Shown here piece by piece: positions 23,399-48,781 of a DNA stretch of 64,000 nucleotides. The stretch comes from Leptogorgia sarmentosa (Eukaryota), in assembly GCA_964658305.1 (NCBI GenBank), contig OZ210885.1:4154001-4218000 (forward strand). The letters are read 5' to 3'. Positions within the stretch are counted from its first letter, which is position 1. Each line of letters starts with the position of its first letter. The notes under the pieces were generated by a model. The model did no database searches. It saw nothing but the letters and a program-made list of their open reading frames with translations, and was not told where the DNA came from. A program made the translations under genes and the position numbers.

Positions 23399-25695
23399 TG
23401 ATTCTAAACCCGATTTAAACTTAAATTTAAATTTAGTTAATGAGACAATATTTTCGAAGCAACAGTAGGAATAGTGCCTGTTCTTTAACGACATGCATGT
23501 CAAATGTAAAAACGTGTATGTGCAGAGGCATTCAAAGTCAAAGTCAAAGTTGCATTTTTTTGGTGCGATGCCTGCAGTCTTCCTTTGTTCCTTAGCCAAA
23601 TAATCCAGCTTCATATATCAGCCAGTTAGAAAACCAGTTACAAAACATGTGTATAGATCTCTGACCCGAACCACTATTCTGACCCTGACCTATTTCGGTT
23701 GTTCATATATCGAGGAAGGGCCGTATTTCTGGTCTCAGCTTATACTGAACTGAAGTGTGAAGGCAAAGGCATTGCCGAGAATGCTATTTATAAAATAACA
23801 TGTATATAACGCGTACTCTGATTGGTCGAAACCCGTAATTTAAAGTGCATGTCTGACTCTGTTGTTGTTATTTTATAAAACAACAAGACGCCTGCTCAGG
23901 CATTTACACTTCCCTCAAAAATGACGACATGCGTGCGATAATATCCCAAGCTATCCCATAGTTAACACTTAACAGAAAGAAACATCTGCTATCCACAGAT
24001 GCCATAATTGCGAAAAACATGTTATCCATGGAAATCCATAGATGCACATGATTTCGTAGCCCAAGCCCTGAGCCTGAGAATCCTGAGATGCGCTGATGGA
24101 AACTCAAGATGACACCAATTATATATGCCACGTCTTTGTTGTTAAATTATTGTTACGCTTTCCGCACAAACACAAAGATATAGAAATCTGTGGTGTTCTA
24201 TAATCTAGCCGACGGGTCCCGACCATGGTTATCAAAAATGTGAAAATGGATAGAACATTATAAAGTGCGGTATCTGTATAAAGCATTGAAAATCGACTCG
24301 GCGAACGAAATAGAATTTGTCCAGTGGCTGAGAGACAAATTTATCAAACAGTGTTATCATTTGGATTGATATAGGTAAGCAAGAATAATGAAGTGTTCAA
24401 GCTCAATGTGTACATTCATACCTGAGCGACTTACATAGTTACAATTGTTATAATTGCCGAACTTGCTGCTATTCTGCACAAGTATTGCACCTCAAACTGC
24501 CTGACTCCAGCAATACAAGTAAGACAAATGGTCTACAGATTCGTCTTATACTGAAGAATTATAAATATAGCAAGACACTTGTGGGCCGTTCGCTAGGACT
24601 ATACTTGGGGTCTGGACTTACTTATAGATTACATTTGCCCAATGGTCGTTTCAAGACCCGCAGTGTATGAAGACATTGTCGAGAACGCTATAGATGAAAC
24701 CTTAGAAGCATAGCTCAGAGCCGAAACTAGAGCATTAATACTTAATTCATTGTGGGAGGGGGTGAATATCTACATTCCTTGCGGTGAAAAATTATATGTA
24801 GCTTGCCCAGGATTTTTAAATATCATCCGCTTATTCTTCTGAATTTGTATCATCGTACCATGATAACAAAAGTGGACGAGTATTCTATAATCTAGCCACA
24901 TTGGAGAATTTGTACTGAATTTTCGAAGGAATTCATTTCAACGCATGATGTGCCACACGATTATTTTTTTTTGTCTCCTCGGGGCGCTCAACCTGATCGG
25001 TTCTACTGTGGTTGAGACTTGCGGACTCGTGATTTCCACCAGATATTGTCGCCGGTCGCCTACAAAGCGACAGGGAGCAACTGGCTGAGTTTAATTGTTG
25101 ATTACCAGTATTTAGTGCCTGTCGTAAAACATTTTTTTGCACACTGCGAGAATACCAGATTATAGTGTTTACACTGCTACGAAACATACGGATTGCTTTT
25201 CATATCACCTCCAGAAAATCGCTACGCTCCGGAGGAATACGGTATAGTGTAATCGGGGCCAATATATTTAATATTTTCATTAATTTTATTTTCAAAGTTC
25301 ACTTCTCCTCTATGAATGAATCTTCACAATATCGTATACCCTGACCAAAGGTGTTTATGAAAGAAGCCCATTCACAACAGCAAACATGGAATCAGGGAAA
25401 ACGTCACAGCGCCACCCGCAAGAGAAGGCGAACTTTGTATCGAGAGTAGCGTTGTGGTGGATCATTCCGCTCGTGTTGAAAGGATGGCGACGTCCACTAC
25501 AACAAGACGACCTGCACGACGTGAGAGACAAAGATCAAAGCTGTAAACTCACTGAACGTTTAGAAGAAAAATGGGAACAGGAAAATGACTGTGCAAAGAA
25601 AGGTATCAATTTTGTTACTATAATGGTGTTGAAATCAATGCAGTTGTTTGTTTTTTTGCAACATATATACTAGGTTTATTGCGAATGCATGGCAT

Positions 25696-25750
25696 CATAG
25701 ACAATCAAAGGAACGATTGTCTATGATGTCTATTCCTTTTATTGTCTATG
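25696..25750. mobile_element. 55-bp micro-TIR element (CAT...ATG termini, P-superfamily-like)
   Basis: TIR CATAGACAAT/ATTGTCTATG, flanks ATGGCAT/ATGGCAC; the empty site is visible in copy A at ~19145-19160. Confidence 0.7.
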
Positions 25751-27054
25751 ATGGCACGAATGCACTGATAAGGCAATGAGATTTTTCCTCGCGTTAGCTT
25801 CCGCTGCATGTGACTGTACAACTTTCAAGAATTTACTAATCTTACTCTCGTCATTCGAAAGATTGAAAATTTCAATCTTTCAACAGTTTGAAAAATAAGT
25901 CAGTCTAATAGATTGAATTTAGATTGACAAAATACTCTTTCAACGTGATCCTTATCGACTGAAAGTATGTCAGTCGATAAAGATACTGAGAATCATTTCA
26001 ATCTTTGTAAAGATTTATAATTCTAAGCCAATCATATTGTTCAAACTTGAAACGTCGTGGTAAAATAAAGTGTTTTTCTACGTACTACCTTTTGGTCATC
26101 TGCACCAGCTATAGGAAGTTTATCTCTGCTTATAGGTCACCTGTGATATGCAGAGAATGAGTGTCTGCAATAAAATTCAGCTTTCATAATGACATAATTT
26201 GTATCAAGTAAAATCGTAAATTAAGAAAAAAAATTAGCTGAGAAAAATATATTAATTATAACAAAGTTCAACCGATAAATTTTGGTTATATTTATAGATA
26301 AACGGGCTTCGAAGTTATGGAAAGCAATGCTACGATATTTCAATTTTGGAAACTACATGATGTACTTAATGTTTTGGATTGTTATGACTGTTGGACAAAA
26401 TATTTCTTGGTATTCACTCATTAGTTTGCTGCAATTAGTAAGCGGCTTTGGGGAGAACAAAAATAACATCCGATTTTATGAAGATGCCATGATGTATGTT
26501 TATGGTTTCGTGTTGGGATTAGTCTTCATGGCGCAAAGCTAGGGAACAAAGCCAAGACAGGAGTGATGGGTTTGTTGTATAAAAAGGTGAGTTATAAATA
26601 TTCACTAAAATAGTTCAGAAATCAGCGCCAGCGGTGTACACAAATATTGCGTGGCTGGCAGAGTCGTAGCTGATCAGCCGCGCAGCGTGTCCAGTGAGTG
26701 TATTTCTTACAATTACGTTACTTTTGTGCTAGAGATTAAAAATAACACTTGGATTGCCAACAGGCTGAGTAGGCTGAAGCCTGGGCTTTTGAAAGGCACG
26801 CGGTTTGTAAGGAATACATTTTTCGTCTCAATTTTATTTTTGTACTAAATTAAAAAATTAGATGAACTAATTTAATGAGTTATTGCTACCATGGTTCACG
26901 AATATTCATCACTTGAACGTGACCAAACACAACTTCATGCTCTGGTGGACTCCTGCTACGAAATGTAACATCATATATAGCCGAGAGAAAGACAGCCCGG
27001 GAAAATTTACTTAGCCTACGCTCTATAGTAATCCGCAAATGGTCACCACATTTA

Positions 27055-27218
27055 CAGCCACTATTATAGGAACAGTTATAGCCCGGTGCTCGAGTAGCTA
27101 TAGCCACAATTATAGCTTCAGTTATAACAACGGTTATATATATTGCAACAGTTATAGCCATAGCCATAGTCATAGCCACCGTTTTGGTCACAGTTATAGT
27201 CACAGTTATAGCCACAAT
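27055..27218. repeat. Minisatellite built from CACAGT/TATAGC hexamers
   Basis: Repeated cacagttatagc / catagc units in copy B intron 2. Confidence 0.85.
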
Positions 27219-30200
27219 CATACCCCTCAGAGGCTCAGACCGTTGCACAGTATACTTGGTACGTGCATTAATTGGTTAGTAAGCATTAATTGCTGCATAT
27301 ATATTTCTATCTGAGTGTATTGACAACAACTTGTCATAACAACACAGTCGGGAATTCATATTTCTCTATATTTTTTAAAAATATATAGGTATATTTTTTT
27401 AAAATATAGGGAAAATATCAGCTTTGGTATTATCTGGCACCGCAGAGCCAATAGGCTGGGGTGGGCTTTAGCAGCCCCCTCACGTTTTTGCTGAGATTAT
27501 GAGATTATGTTACTAAGAATATAGGAAAACTGATAAAACTATTTTAGCCCCACACTTTCAAATAGCTTTTAGGGGTAAAGTTTGTGAATATTTTTGTCTT
27601 GCATTTAAAAACTTAAACTTATATTCTGGAATTAAACTGTAAATAAATTAAATGCGACTACGGCGACCTTTCATAACAAAAGTTTACTGCCGACAATATA
27701 TTTACGAACTTATCTTGTGTTTCGATCCATAGTCGTTTCTTTCCGCTCCTCATATATGTATATCTTATCAGAAGTATTTTCAAGTCTTGCAACGTAGATC
27801 TTGATTTTGTTTTCGCCTTTCTAGAAGCTTTAAAAAGCTTCTTGAAAGTTTTAAAAAGCTTCCGGTCTCTTCATGATAGTCACCATATTATTGAGATCAG
27901 TGATGACCACCCTTAGATTAGGTACGACAACCGTCACAACCCAAAATGGCGGCCAAACTGATGAACTTCAGACTCCGCTATGCTGTCCTTTACCCGGGTG
28001 TAATTAGCCGTGCGGAATTATTACGCTCGTCCCGAGGTCAAGGCCGTTTTCCAACTTCAGACGTAACAGTGAGCATGCGCGGTTTATGATAACAATTTTA
28101 TTAAATTCGAAGTAAATCTAGTGACAGCTTGCCTTTAACTTCATTGCCAGCTAATTTTATTCCTCTTCCTGCGGCCTTGTTTTGTGTCTTTACATATTAA
28201 CCATTTCCAAAATAACAACCTACAATGCATTTATGGATTGTTCGAAGGACTTTAAGAGTTGAAATTGAAGCAGAAAATAACAGATGCCTGATTATTTCTA
28301 ACGAAATGCATCAAAATTGTTTGCACTATTTGGTATATGTCTGCACTGTCCCTCCAAATATTCCCCACGATGCCTTGTGATCTCGATCAGGGAATGGCTA
28401 ATTGTTTTATATGCTGCGTTATCTAGGTACTCAGACTGAATAAAATGGCCGTTAACAGCGGTCACGTGATGGAATTAGTTTGCAATGATTCGCAAAGATT
28501 GGTCACCAGTGGAGAATGGTATATTCCTTTCGGTATTCGTCAAATTACAGTAACCGTAAACGCTACAGCTTGGCTGCTTTACTACATTGGCTGGCAAGTA
28601 ATACCTGGCGCCATCTTTTTATCATCAATTGTTGTATTGCAGATGCTTTGTAGTAAAGTTGACTATGATTTACGCAAGAAAGCCTCTGGCCTGTCAGAGA
28701 AACGTCTTGGTTATATTAGGGAATCTCTGACTGTGATACATTCCGTTAAAGTGAACTGTTGGGAAAAGATCTTCGAAGAAAAAATCCAGAAAACACGATG
28801 GTAAATATTTAACATGTAGTAGGATAGGGTTAGTTTTAATCATTCCCCGGTGCAAAATTACTTTCTACAACATTGGTATACAGGGTATATAAAAAAGTAA
28901 TCCAACCTTTGTATGTCATTGTGTTAATTACTGGGTGTACAAACGTGATTTTTGCATTTTCCCAGTAATTAACGCTGAATGGCATTCCAAAGTTGGAATA
29001 TCTTTTTTATTCCCTTTTGAAGGCAAAAGTATCTGCTTTGCTATAGTTGTAAATAATTATATGACAACCAGAGGTTTAGTATGTATGAAATCGTCATGTT
29101 AAACGATTGACGTCATAACGTAGATGACATCATACCAATGACGACGACATTACCTTTAGAGGGATTGAAACGGGAATGTGAAAAAAAGGAGTACAAACAC
29201 AAATAGCTTCCTCATAGATGAAAGTGTGCCAACCCTGAAGAAGCTGTAATCAAAAGTTTCGCATATACTGACATAAAAAGATCAACGGAAGCTTGTAAAA
29301 CTTGATTATTTGAAAGCAAAGAATGTAAATTTCCCACAAAATAGCAAAGAACTTGCCGCTATCCTAAAGAAATTCCACGGTAATTTTTTAATTGTTTTAA
29401 AAAAGTAATGAAGCAATTATTTTCTTTACTTTAGGGAAGAAGTGAAACTCAAATGTAAACGTTGGATTATTTCATTGATAAGTTACGGATTCATGGCTTG
29501 TGGTCAAAATTTGGCAACTTTCATCACAGTGTGCACATTAATTTATACGGCGAGAAATGACATCGCTTACTTGAATTTCTTTTCCATGATATACCTCTTT
29601 GGAGTAATTAATACATCGGTTGCTATTGACTTTCCAACAACCGTACGATTATTCAGCGACGTCCGTGGTGCTCTTCAGCGTATTGAAATGTTTCTTAAAG
29701 CAACTGATAATTCATCAAATAAATCTCTTCAAAGTGCGAAAAACTGGATTAAAGTAAAACTGGATGACTTACCCAAAGAATCCAAACGCTCTCATATACC
29801 ATTTGTTAATTTAAATGACGTAACTTGTCAAATTCCTTCGGCGTGTGGTCCCTCCCAGTTCTTTGAATCAAAAACCGAAGGTTCATCAGTATTGAAAGAT
29901 ATTAACCTTGAAGTGGCGTGTCCAGAATTGGTTCTCATATGCGGTGGCGTCGGAACTGGGAAGTCATCGCTTCTACAAACCATTCTAGGAGAGTTACTGG
30001 TGACTAATGGCTCGGTTAACTACTCTGGTCAATTAGCCTATGTCTCCGACTCACCTTGGGTTTTTCCCGGAACTATTCGTGAAAACATCGTGTTTGGTTT
30101 GCCTTACAACGAGAGCAAATACAACAAGATAATCAAGGCATGTCAGTTGGGAAAGGATTTTGATAATTTTCCAGATCATGATTTAACACGTATTGGAGAA

Positions 30201-33200
30201 AATAGTGCGACCGTGAGTGGTGGTCAGCGTACACGTATTGCCTTGGCACGCGCAGTTTATTCTGAAGCTGATATATATTTATTGGATGATCCTCTGAGCT
30301 CTTTGGACATCAATGTCGCTGAAAATCTCTTCAGGTTAGTTATTCATTTCAGTTTTATGGCAATGTGCAAAAGTTTCTGGTTATTAATTAGGCAGCTTAC
30401 TGTCACATTTCTATTCAATTTTATTATTTTCGGTAAGGTAGAAATCATAGGAATACTTATAAGATAATTATAAGTGTGCAAATTAAATTACTAGAACATA
30501 TATCACCAATTATCAATACTGATGACGTGTCAAATCGGCTAGTGCGTTTATGTTATGAAATTCTAGAAGTTGTTGGGGGTAGACACTTGCTTCAGTGCAC
30601 ACAAAACAATACCTTAGAATTCAGAGGGAGAATGTAAACTATTATTCTATTGGCCCACCCTCCCTAAATTTCGTGGTATTGTATTGTGTGTACCCAAAGA
30701 AATTTTGGAAGTGTCTAATATACATAGATATAGTTTAGATCGCGTAAATAAACCATTTAGGCCTGGTTAATGAATTTTTTGAAATGTCTGGGCAGCAACC
30801 ACAGTTCGTCGTGCACAAGGATGTAATTAATTGAGGGGGGGGGGGGACGGGGGTGATCTACATTCATGTCTGCCCGACGGATTTCTAATGAAATTAAGAA
30901 ATTTAAAAGAACAAATTTTACAATATTATAAATGTCATTGTTTTAATCTAGAGATTGTATCCAAGGACTATTATCTGATCGAATAGTTTTCCTGACAACA
31001 CATGCGACAAAATATTATCCAATGGCTGATCGTATTGTTCAGTTCGGAGAAGGAGGAGTGATTGCCTTTCAAGGAAATTTTGAAACCTTCAAAAATACAC
31101 TTGATGGATCAGTTGTAGACGATACTGGTCGAAAGGATGGCAAGCAACGTGACGTATGGGCTGATGATAAAGAATCTGTGGAAGGTGTCAACCTTGAACA
31201 AGAAGAGGAAGATAGAAAGAGTGGAACGGTTTCTTTGAAAGTTTACTTGAAATATTTACTTCATGGAGCCTCCCCGTTTATCGTGCTCCTTGTCCCCATG
31301 TTTTATTTCTCTGGTGCAGGTTAGTATTAAGAGTGAAATACACCGAGATAAACGCAGTGATGGTTTTCAGGGTGAACAACGCCCCCCCCCTATTTTTGTC
31401 GGGCGTTTGAACGGCGTTCCTGTTGCCAAATCCACACACCAAGGAACGCAATTAAAACGCAGAACTACACTATGCTTGTCGGAATTACGCGACCATCCTG
31501 AAAATAATTTCTTCGCGTTTTTCACAGGACCGTAAACCATACACTAGTCTGAATGCTGTTTATTTTCTTCCCTTAAGTACTTCATAAGCAATAACTTTCC
31601 CGTGCGTGAACGCGACAGTAGAGATCCATGCATCTTACAGTAGATCAGTCTGTATAAGTGCAACTTGTTAAGCCGGGCTTTCGCAATTAGTATTTTTGTA
31701 ATAACATTTATATATTTACGAAAAGAGCCCACGCCTAATTCATTTCCATGACTAGTGGAAATCATGACTGGATGTAGGTATATGTATAAACGATATAGAT
31801 ATGATGCCGAACAAAAATACATCTTTTCGCATGCATGCAATAAATGTAGAAACGTACAAAATATATTCCAATTGACACTTTTAATACAGGTTTGTTACAG
31901 CAAAAAAAATTCTTATTTATCCAACAATCCTTTTATTTCTTCAGGAAATATTCTCGCCCAATTCAGGTCTATAATTAATAAGTATTAAACACAAGGCCAA
32001 TACTTTATAGAAATCACAATTTTTGCTTGCTATTTTTAGGTTTAATTGTTTTGGTGAACATCATTGCATCAGAATTCCCAACGTTTGCCGGGGATGGAAA
32101 CTCTAGACTTCATCACATGTTCGTTTTGTACATGATTTACCTTATTTTTGCAGTACTACTCACGGTTGTGGGTACGCTGGTAATTTTCCTACTTTTAATG
32201 AGTTCATCCTATAAGGTGAGTGTATATCTCTAAAAATATATATACCTAGCTGTTGTAAACGTATGTTAAGATTTTGAATAATCTTCCAGGTTCATAACAA
32301 GATGATTACATGCCTTATGAAAGCATCCTTATCATTTTACGCGACAAATCCTGTCGGTCGAATCCTAAACCGTTTATCTCAAGATATCAACATCCTGGAT
32401 GAGTTTTTGCCGTATTATGCCTGTGTAACGTTAAACTTCTTTGCACCAGTCATTTCCACCATATTGCTGGCTAGCATCACAAATCCCTGGTTGATCCTCG
32501 CATTTTTATGTTCCATGCCGTTATTTTACTTCATTGGAAGTGTCTATATTACTTCATCTGCCGATATAAAACGTCTGATGCTGATGGCAGCAGGTCCTGT
32601 CTATTCACACTTCTCCAACACAATGGAAGGACTGAAAACTATCAGAATTCATAGCAGGCAGAAACAATATACAGAACAAGTCTTCAGGTATATTTGACTC
32701 CAATTGTCACCTATATTTACTGCTGCTATGTGTTGCAACACATTCTTGACAAGGCTTAGTATATGTCGTTTTCGTCATTGATCCATAGACCATAGTTTCT
32801 CTCTTATAGCTATACAGCTGATTCAATCAGAGTTCAAAACTCAAAAATTTAGAAAACAATTTACTAAGAACTTTTGACAACTTTCAAAACAATGGCGAAA
32901 ATTGCTGATAGCAAATACAACAAGAATGCGATAATACTCAAAACTACAAAACCTCGAACTTCAAGGTGGAACAGGTTGCCGCCCAAGTCTAATTTACATA
33001 ATTCCTAATATACTTCGCCCTTGAAAATCTTTATGATTCAAACGATCTTGTTAACATTGTTGAACATTTTCCCAGGTGATCTCGTGTTCGTATTTTAGCA
33101 CTCTGAAAGTGTTTTGTTATTCTGTATGAAACTTGTTGAAATTTTGTCCTTATGTTTGGTTATGAGAATTATAGCTCTGAGAAAAATATGGAATCGAATT

Positions 33201-33305
33201 GAAGTATATTATGGGCGATATTCAGTTATTTCTTTTTCCGTGTATTGAGATTACCTGGCTACACTGAAAGAAACAACTGTTAACCACCGCAACGGCAGAA
33301 CAATG

Positions 33306-33884
33306 GACCTTTCCCCTTTTAGACGAACTTTTGAATTAAGAAATTTCATTACCAGGCATTAGCACAGTTGCAAAGAGCATCATAAATTTAGTAAAACTAT
33401 GATGTTTGGTTACAAAATTTTGTGAACGTTTGAAATACTGGCATTTGAAGTTTGCTAATTTTGTATACTTTTAGTAGTCACATTCGAAATCTGAGTATCA
33501 CTTCACCGCGCGTAATACTTAAGGAATAGAAAACATTTTCCATGTTTACATCGAGTTATGTAAACACGAATGCACGTTTGGGAGAACGTCCAAACTTGCA
33601 CGAGTGACAAAAGCGGAATAACGCAATGGAGAGAAGCAGCGGGAAATAGCCGTGTTTACATAATTTCACATCAACACGGCTGTTAGCCAATCACGCGCGC
33701 CCAATCTTTTTCACTTACTTCCGGTTATTTTAGAAAAAAGTATACAAAATTCGCAAATTTTAAATTACTGTATTTTCCTTATATTGCAACCAAGCTTCAC
33801 AACTCTACTAAATCAATGATGCTCTTTCCAGCTGCAGTGACGAATTCTCCTAATTCGAAAGTTCGTCTAAAAGGGGAAGCGGCC
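33306..33884. mobile_element. Non-autonomous TIR element with nested insertion in copy B intron 7
   Basis: ttccccttttagacgaacttttgaatta is inverted relative to taattcgaaagttcgtctaaaaggggaa; family fragments at ~55495-55655. Confidence 0.65.
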
Positions 33885-34425
33885 ATTGTGATCACTTTCG
33901 ACGTCGAGTTTTGTTTTGTCGTTCAGGAACTGGGTGTAACTTTTGATGTATTTTCACTTTACCCTAAAACTATATATAACTGCTAAATCTGAACGCCTCT
34001 GCATGAAAAAGTCATACTAAACGACGCCCTTGCACTGGCTTTTGACGTCGTCCTTTACTTGCTTAATATTTTTTAACTTACATTATATTTCTTGCAGGCA
34101 TATTGACAAGCACACTGCTGCAGTTCTGTCATTTTATACCTCATCCAGATGTTTTGATATAGTCTGCTGCGGCTTAACAACGTTTGTGGCAGCAATTATT
34201 ACAGTGGTAATAATTTTTTCTGCAAAGGAAACCTACACAGCAAGTACGTCTCACTTTTTTTATTGTTTTTTTTTTGTTTTTCACCTAAGAATTGTGCCAA
34301 ATATCGTGAAAGACGAAACTGAATGTAGTCCGGCTGCAATATAATTCATGAACTGACTAATTAATAATATACATAAAAGTATTACTCGACTGTGATTGGT
34401 TCATTTCAGTGCAGTTAATCCTAAA

Positions 34426-34555
34426 TCACAGTGCAATTTTGTGTAATCACAGCGCAATTTTGTGTTATCACAGTGCAATTTTCTGTAGTCACAGTGCAAT
34501 TTTCTGTTCCACAGTGCAATTTTCTGTTTCACACTGCAATTTTCTGTAATCACTT
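34426..34555. repeat. ~19-21 bp tandem repeat (CACAGTGCAATTTTCTGT..) inside a dispersed element also seen at 9065-9165
   Basis: About six units; the shared leader aattaataatatacataaaagtta..gactgtgattgg occurs at both sites. Confidence 0.8.
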
Positions 34556-36849
34556 TGAATCAATCAAATTAGAGCTCAAGCTACAGATCTCTTCAAAACA
34601 AACCAAACATGGCGGCTGCGTTAAACAAAGTAAAAATTGTCTTCGGGTCGAAAATATGGCTTTTATCTTTTTCTTATAAGACAAAAAAAGTTACGTGCTT
34701 GGGTGAATTTTTGAAACTGTTATCGCTGTAAAATGTGAAATAAACTAAGAAAATCAGATAAACAAAGAAATAAGAAAACAGTTCAAATTTCGCCTCAGAG
34801 ACGTATATGAACTCGTGCGTGAGTTTTCCAAAGACCTCAAATATTTTGAGGCCTTTGGAAGACTCACCGGCTCGTGCATGTTAATTTCGAAACCATACTA
34901 TTACCTGTACTAACAACATATCTATATACAATTCATTTCAAACGTGAGCAATTTAATGATGCAAGATCATCGATTATACTCTATCCAGTTTGATTTCTCA
35001 TTCGAATAGCGAATCTAGTTTGGAAATAAGATTGCGCGAATTAGTTTTTTTTTTAAAGTATTCCATCCGTCAAAACTATATGTAATTGATATAGTGATTA
35101 TAGACTTTCAGAATGCTACTGCTACACATTGACTGTTGAAACTAGCTGCGCTTATATAATTGTACTACCTTCTTATTATAGAACTTGGTGCCATTACTAT
35201 TCTCTACGCATTACAAACCAACACATTAGTGAGAGTGATTGTTCGTTTTTTCGGTGTCATTAACGCCCAGATGACGTCAGCAGAACGTGCTATGGCTTAC
35301 ACTCAAATTCCACAAGAACGTGGGCAAAGTCTCCCCAAGTCCTCCGCTGAAAAATGGCCGAACGCTGGTGGACTCGAGTTTCAAAGTGTCTCACTGTGGC
35401 ATTACAAGGGTGGCCCTAAAGTCCTGAAAAATATTTCATTCAAAGTGAAACCGAAAGAAAAAATTGGAATTGCTGGTCGGACCGGAGCTGGGAAGTCCTC
35501 ATTGGTAGCTGCGTTGATGAGACTTGCCTTCACTGAGGGAGATATATTTGTGGATGGTTTGAATATAAGAGAGATCAATGTGGTATCTTCTCGTCAAGTA
35601 ATTTCCGTTATTTCCCAGGCTCCCATCCTGATTAACGGTACAATCAGAATCAATCTTGATCCCTTGCGAAAACACAGCGACAGCGCAATATGGCAGGCTC
35701 TTGCTCAGACTAAAATGGAATCTGCTGTTTCAAATCTGCCTGGAAAACTTGATAATGAAATTAATTCAAATGATTCAAATTTCAGTTTGGGCGAACGGCA
35801 ATTATTACACTTAACAAGAGTTCTTTTGAAGAGGAACATGATTATAATCTTTGATGAAGCAACGGGTAAGGTGGACAGGAAGACAGATGAAGACATACAA
35901 AATGTTGTTCGAGAAGTTTTCAAAGATTGCACTGTCATAACTATTGCACATCGTTTGAGTACAATCTTAGACAGTGACAGAATAATGCTCTTGGATCAAG
36001 GAAAAATTGTTGACTGTGACACACCTCAAGCATTGTTGAAGAATGAAGATAGTTTACTGAAGCAACTGTTGGAACTATCTTGAAAACTAGTGATTCTAAA
36101 CCCGATTTAAACTATTTAAATTTAGTTAATGAGACAATATTTTCGAAGCAACGGTAGTAGGAATAGTGCCTGTAAGCCTGTTCTTTAACGACATGCATGT
36201 CAAATGTAAGTATGTGCAGGCATTCAAACAGACTATATAATGCTTAAAACTTAAAACATTTTTGGTATTACAAAACTTTCCCGGAGTATATCAATTTATT
36301 TGAATTGAAACATTGAGATTAGGTGGGGGGGGGGGGGGGGGGGCGACAAGTTACCGCTAATCTCACTACAGAGTCTGATCTCAAGTTGAGAGGTCTGGTT
36401 GTGTGTGATGCAGTATCCCCGTACGCGGTGTTTCGTCCTCCGTGGCCGCATTAGCGAAGATTTGGGGTTGGTACATGTATAGAAACGTTTCACAGAACTA
36501 CTGTATATTTTTTTAGAATTTTGGATATTATGCAATCTGTCCATTTCCATTTCAAGCAAGTTTGAACCATAATGCAGGACTAACTGAAAACGTTTTTGGC
36601 TCCCTGCGGAAAAAACTAAATATACAGCTGATACAGGCATGGCCGAGTGCTGTTGCTCCGCTCTGTTCTCCCCCCTTTTCTCAATCCCCCCCCTTCCGAA
36701 ACACCTGCGAACAGGCATCAAAGGCACGGCCTGCTTCGAATTCGAACGTCAGAGTTCGGAAAGACGTAAACAAAATGAGACCGACAGACGAGAGTGCCTT
36801 TGTTTGACTTTAATTTTCATAAGAGGCCAATATTTTGACGCAATGAGAG

Positions 36850-48781
<11,932 letters not shown>

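Larger units (their letters stand above)
25386..36083 (+). pseudogene. ABCC4: ABCC4/MRP4-like copy B, 9 exons, frameshifted in exon 2 (probable recent pseudogene or null allele)
   Basis: Exons 25386-25602, 26298-26586, 28427-28800, 29435-30334, 30952-31319, 32040-32215, 32290-32687, 34098-34243, 35182-36083. Exon 2 is 289 nt versus 320 nt in copy A, giving TAG at 26540-26542. All other exons are open with intact splice sites. Confidence 0.8.

Noticed and set aside
23904..24131. Hydrophobic-looking 75-aa minus ORF in the palindrome spacer
   Set aside because: No family recognised and no partner exons found; a gene fragment cannot be excluded without a search.
26886..27314. Ser/His/Tyr-rich and Val/Thr/Ala-rich ORFs
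   Set aside because: Translations of the hexamer minisatellite.
34426..34679. CRISPR-like regular repeat and QF-repeat ORF
   Set aside because: Units are contiguous without unique spacers, there are no cas genes, and the context is eukaryotic.
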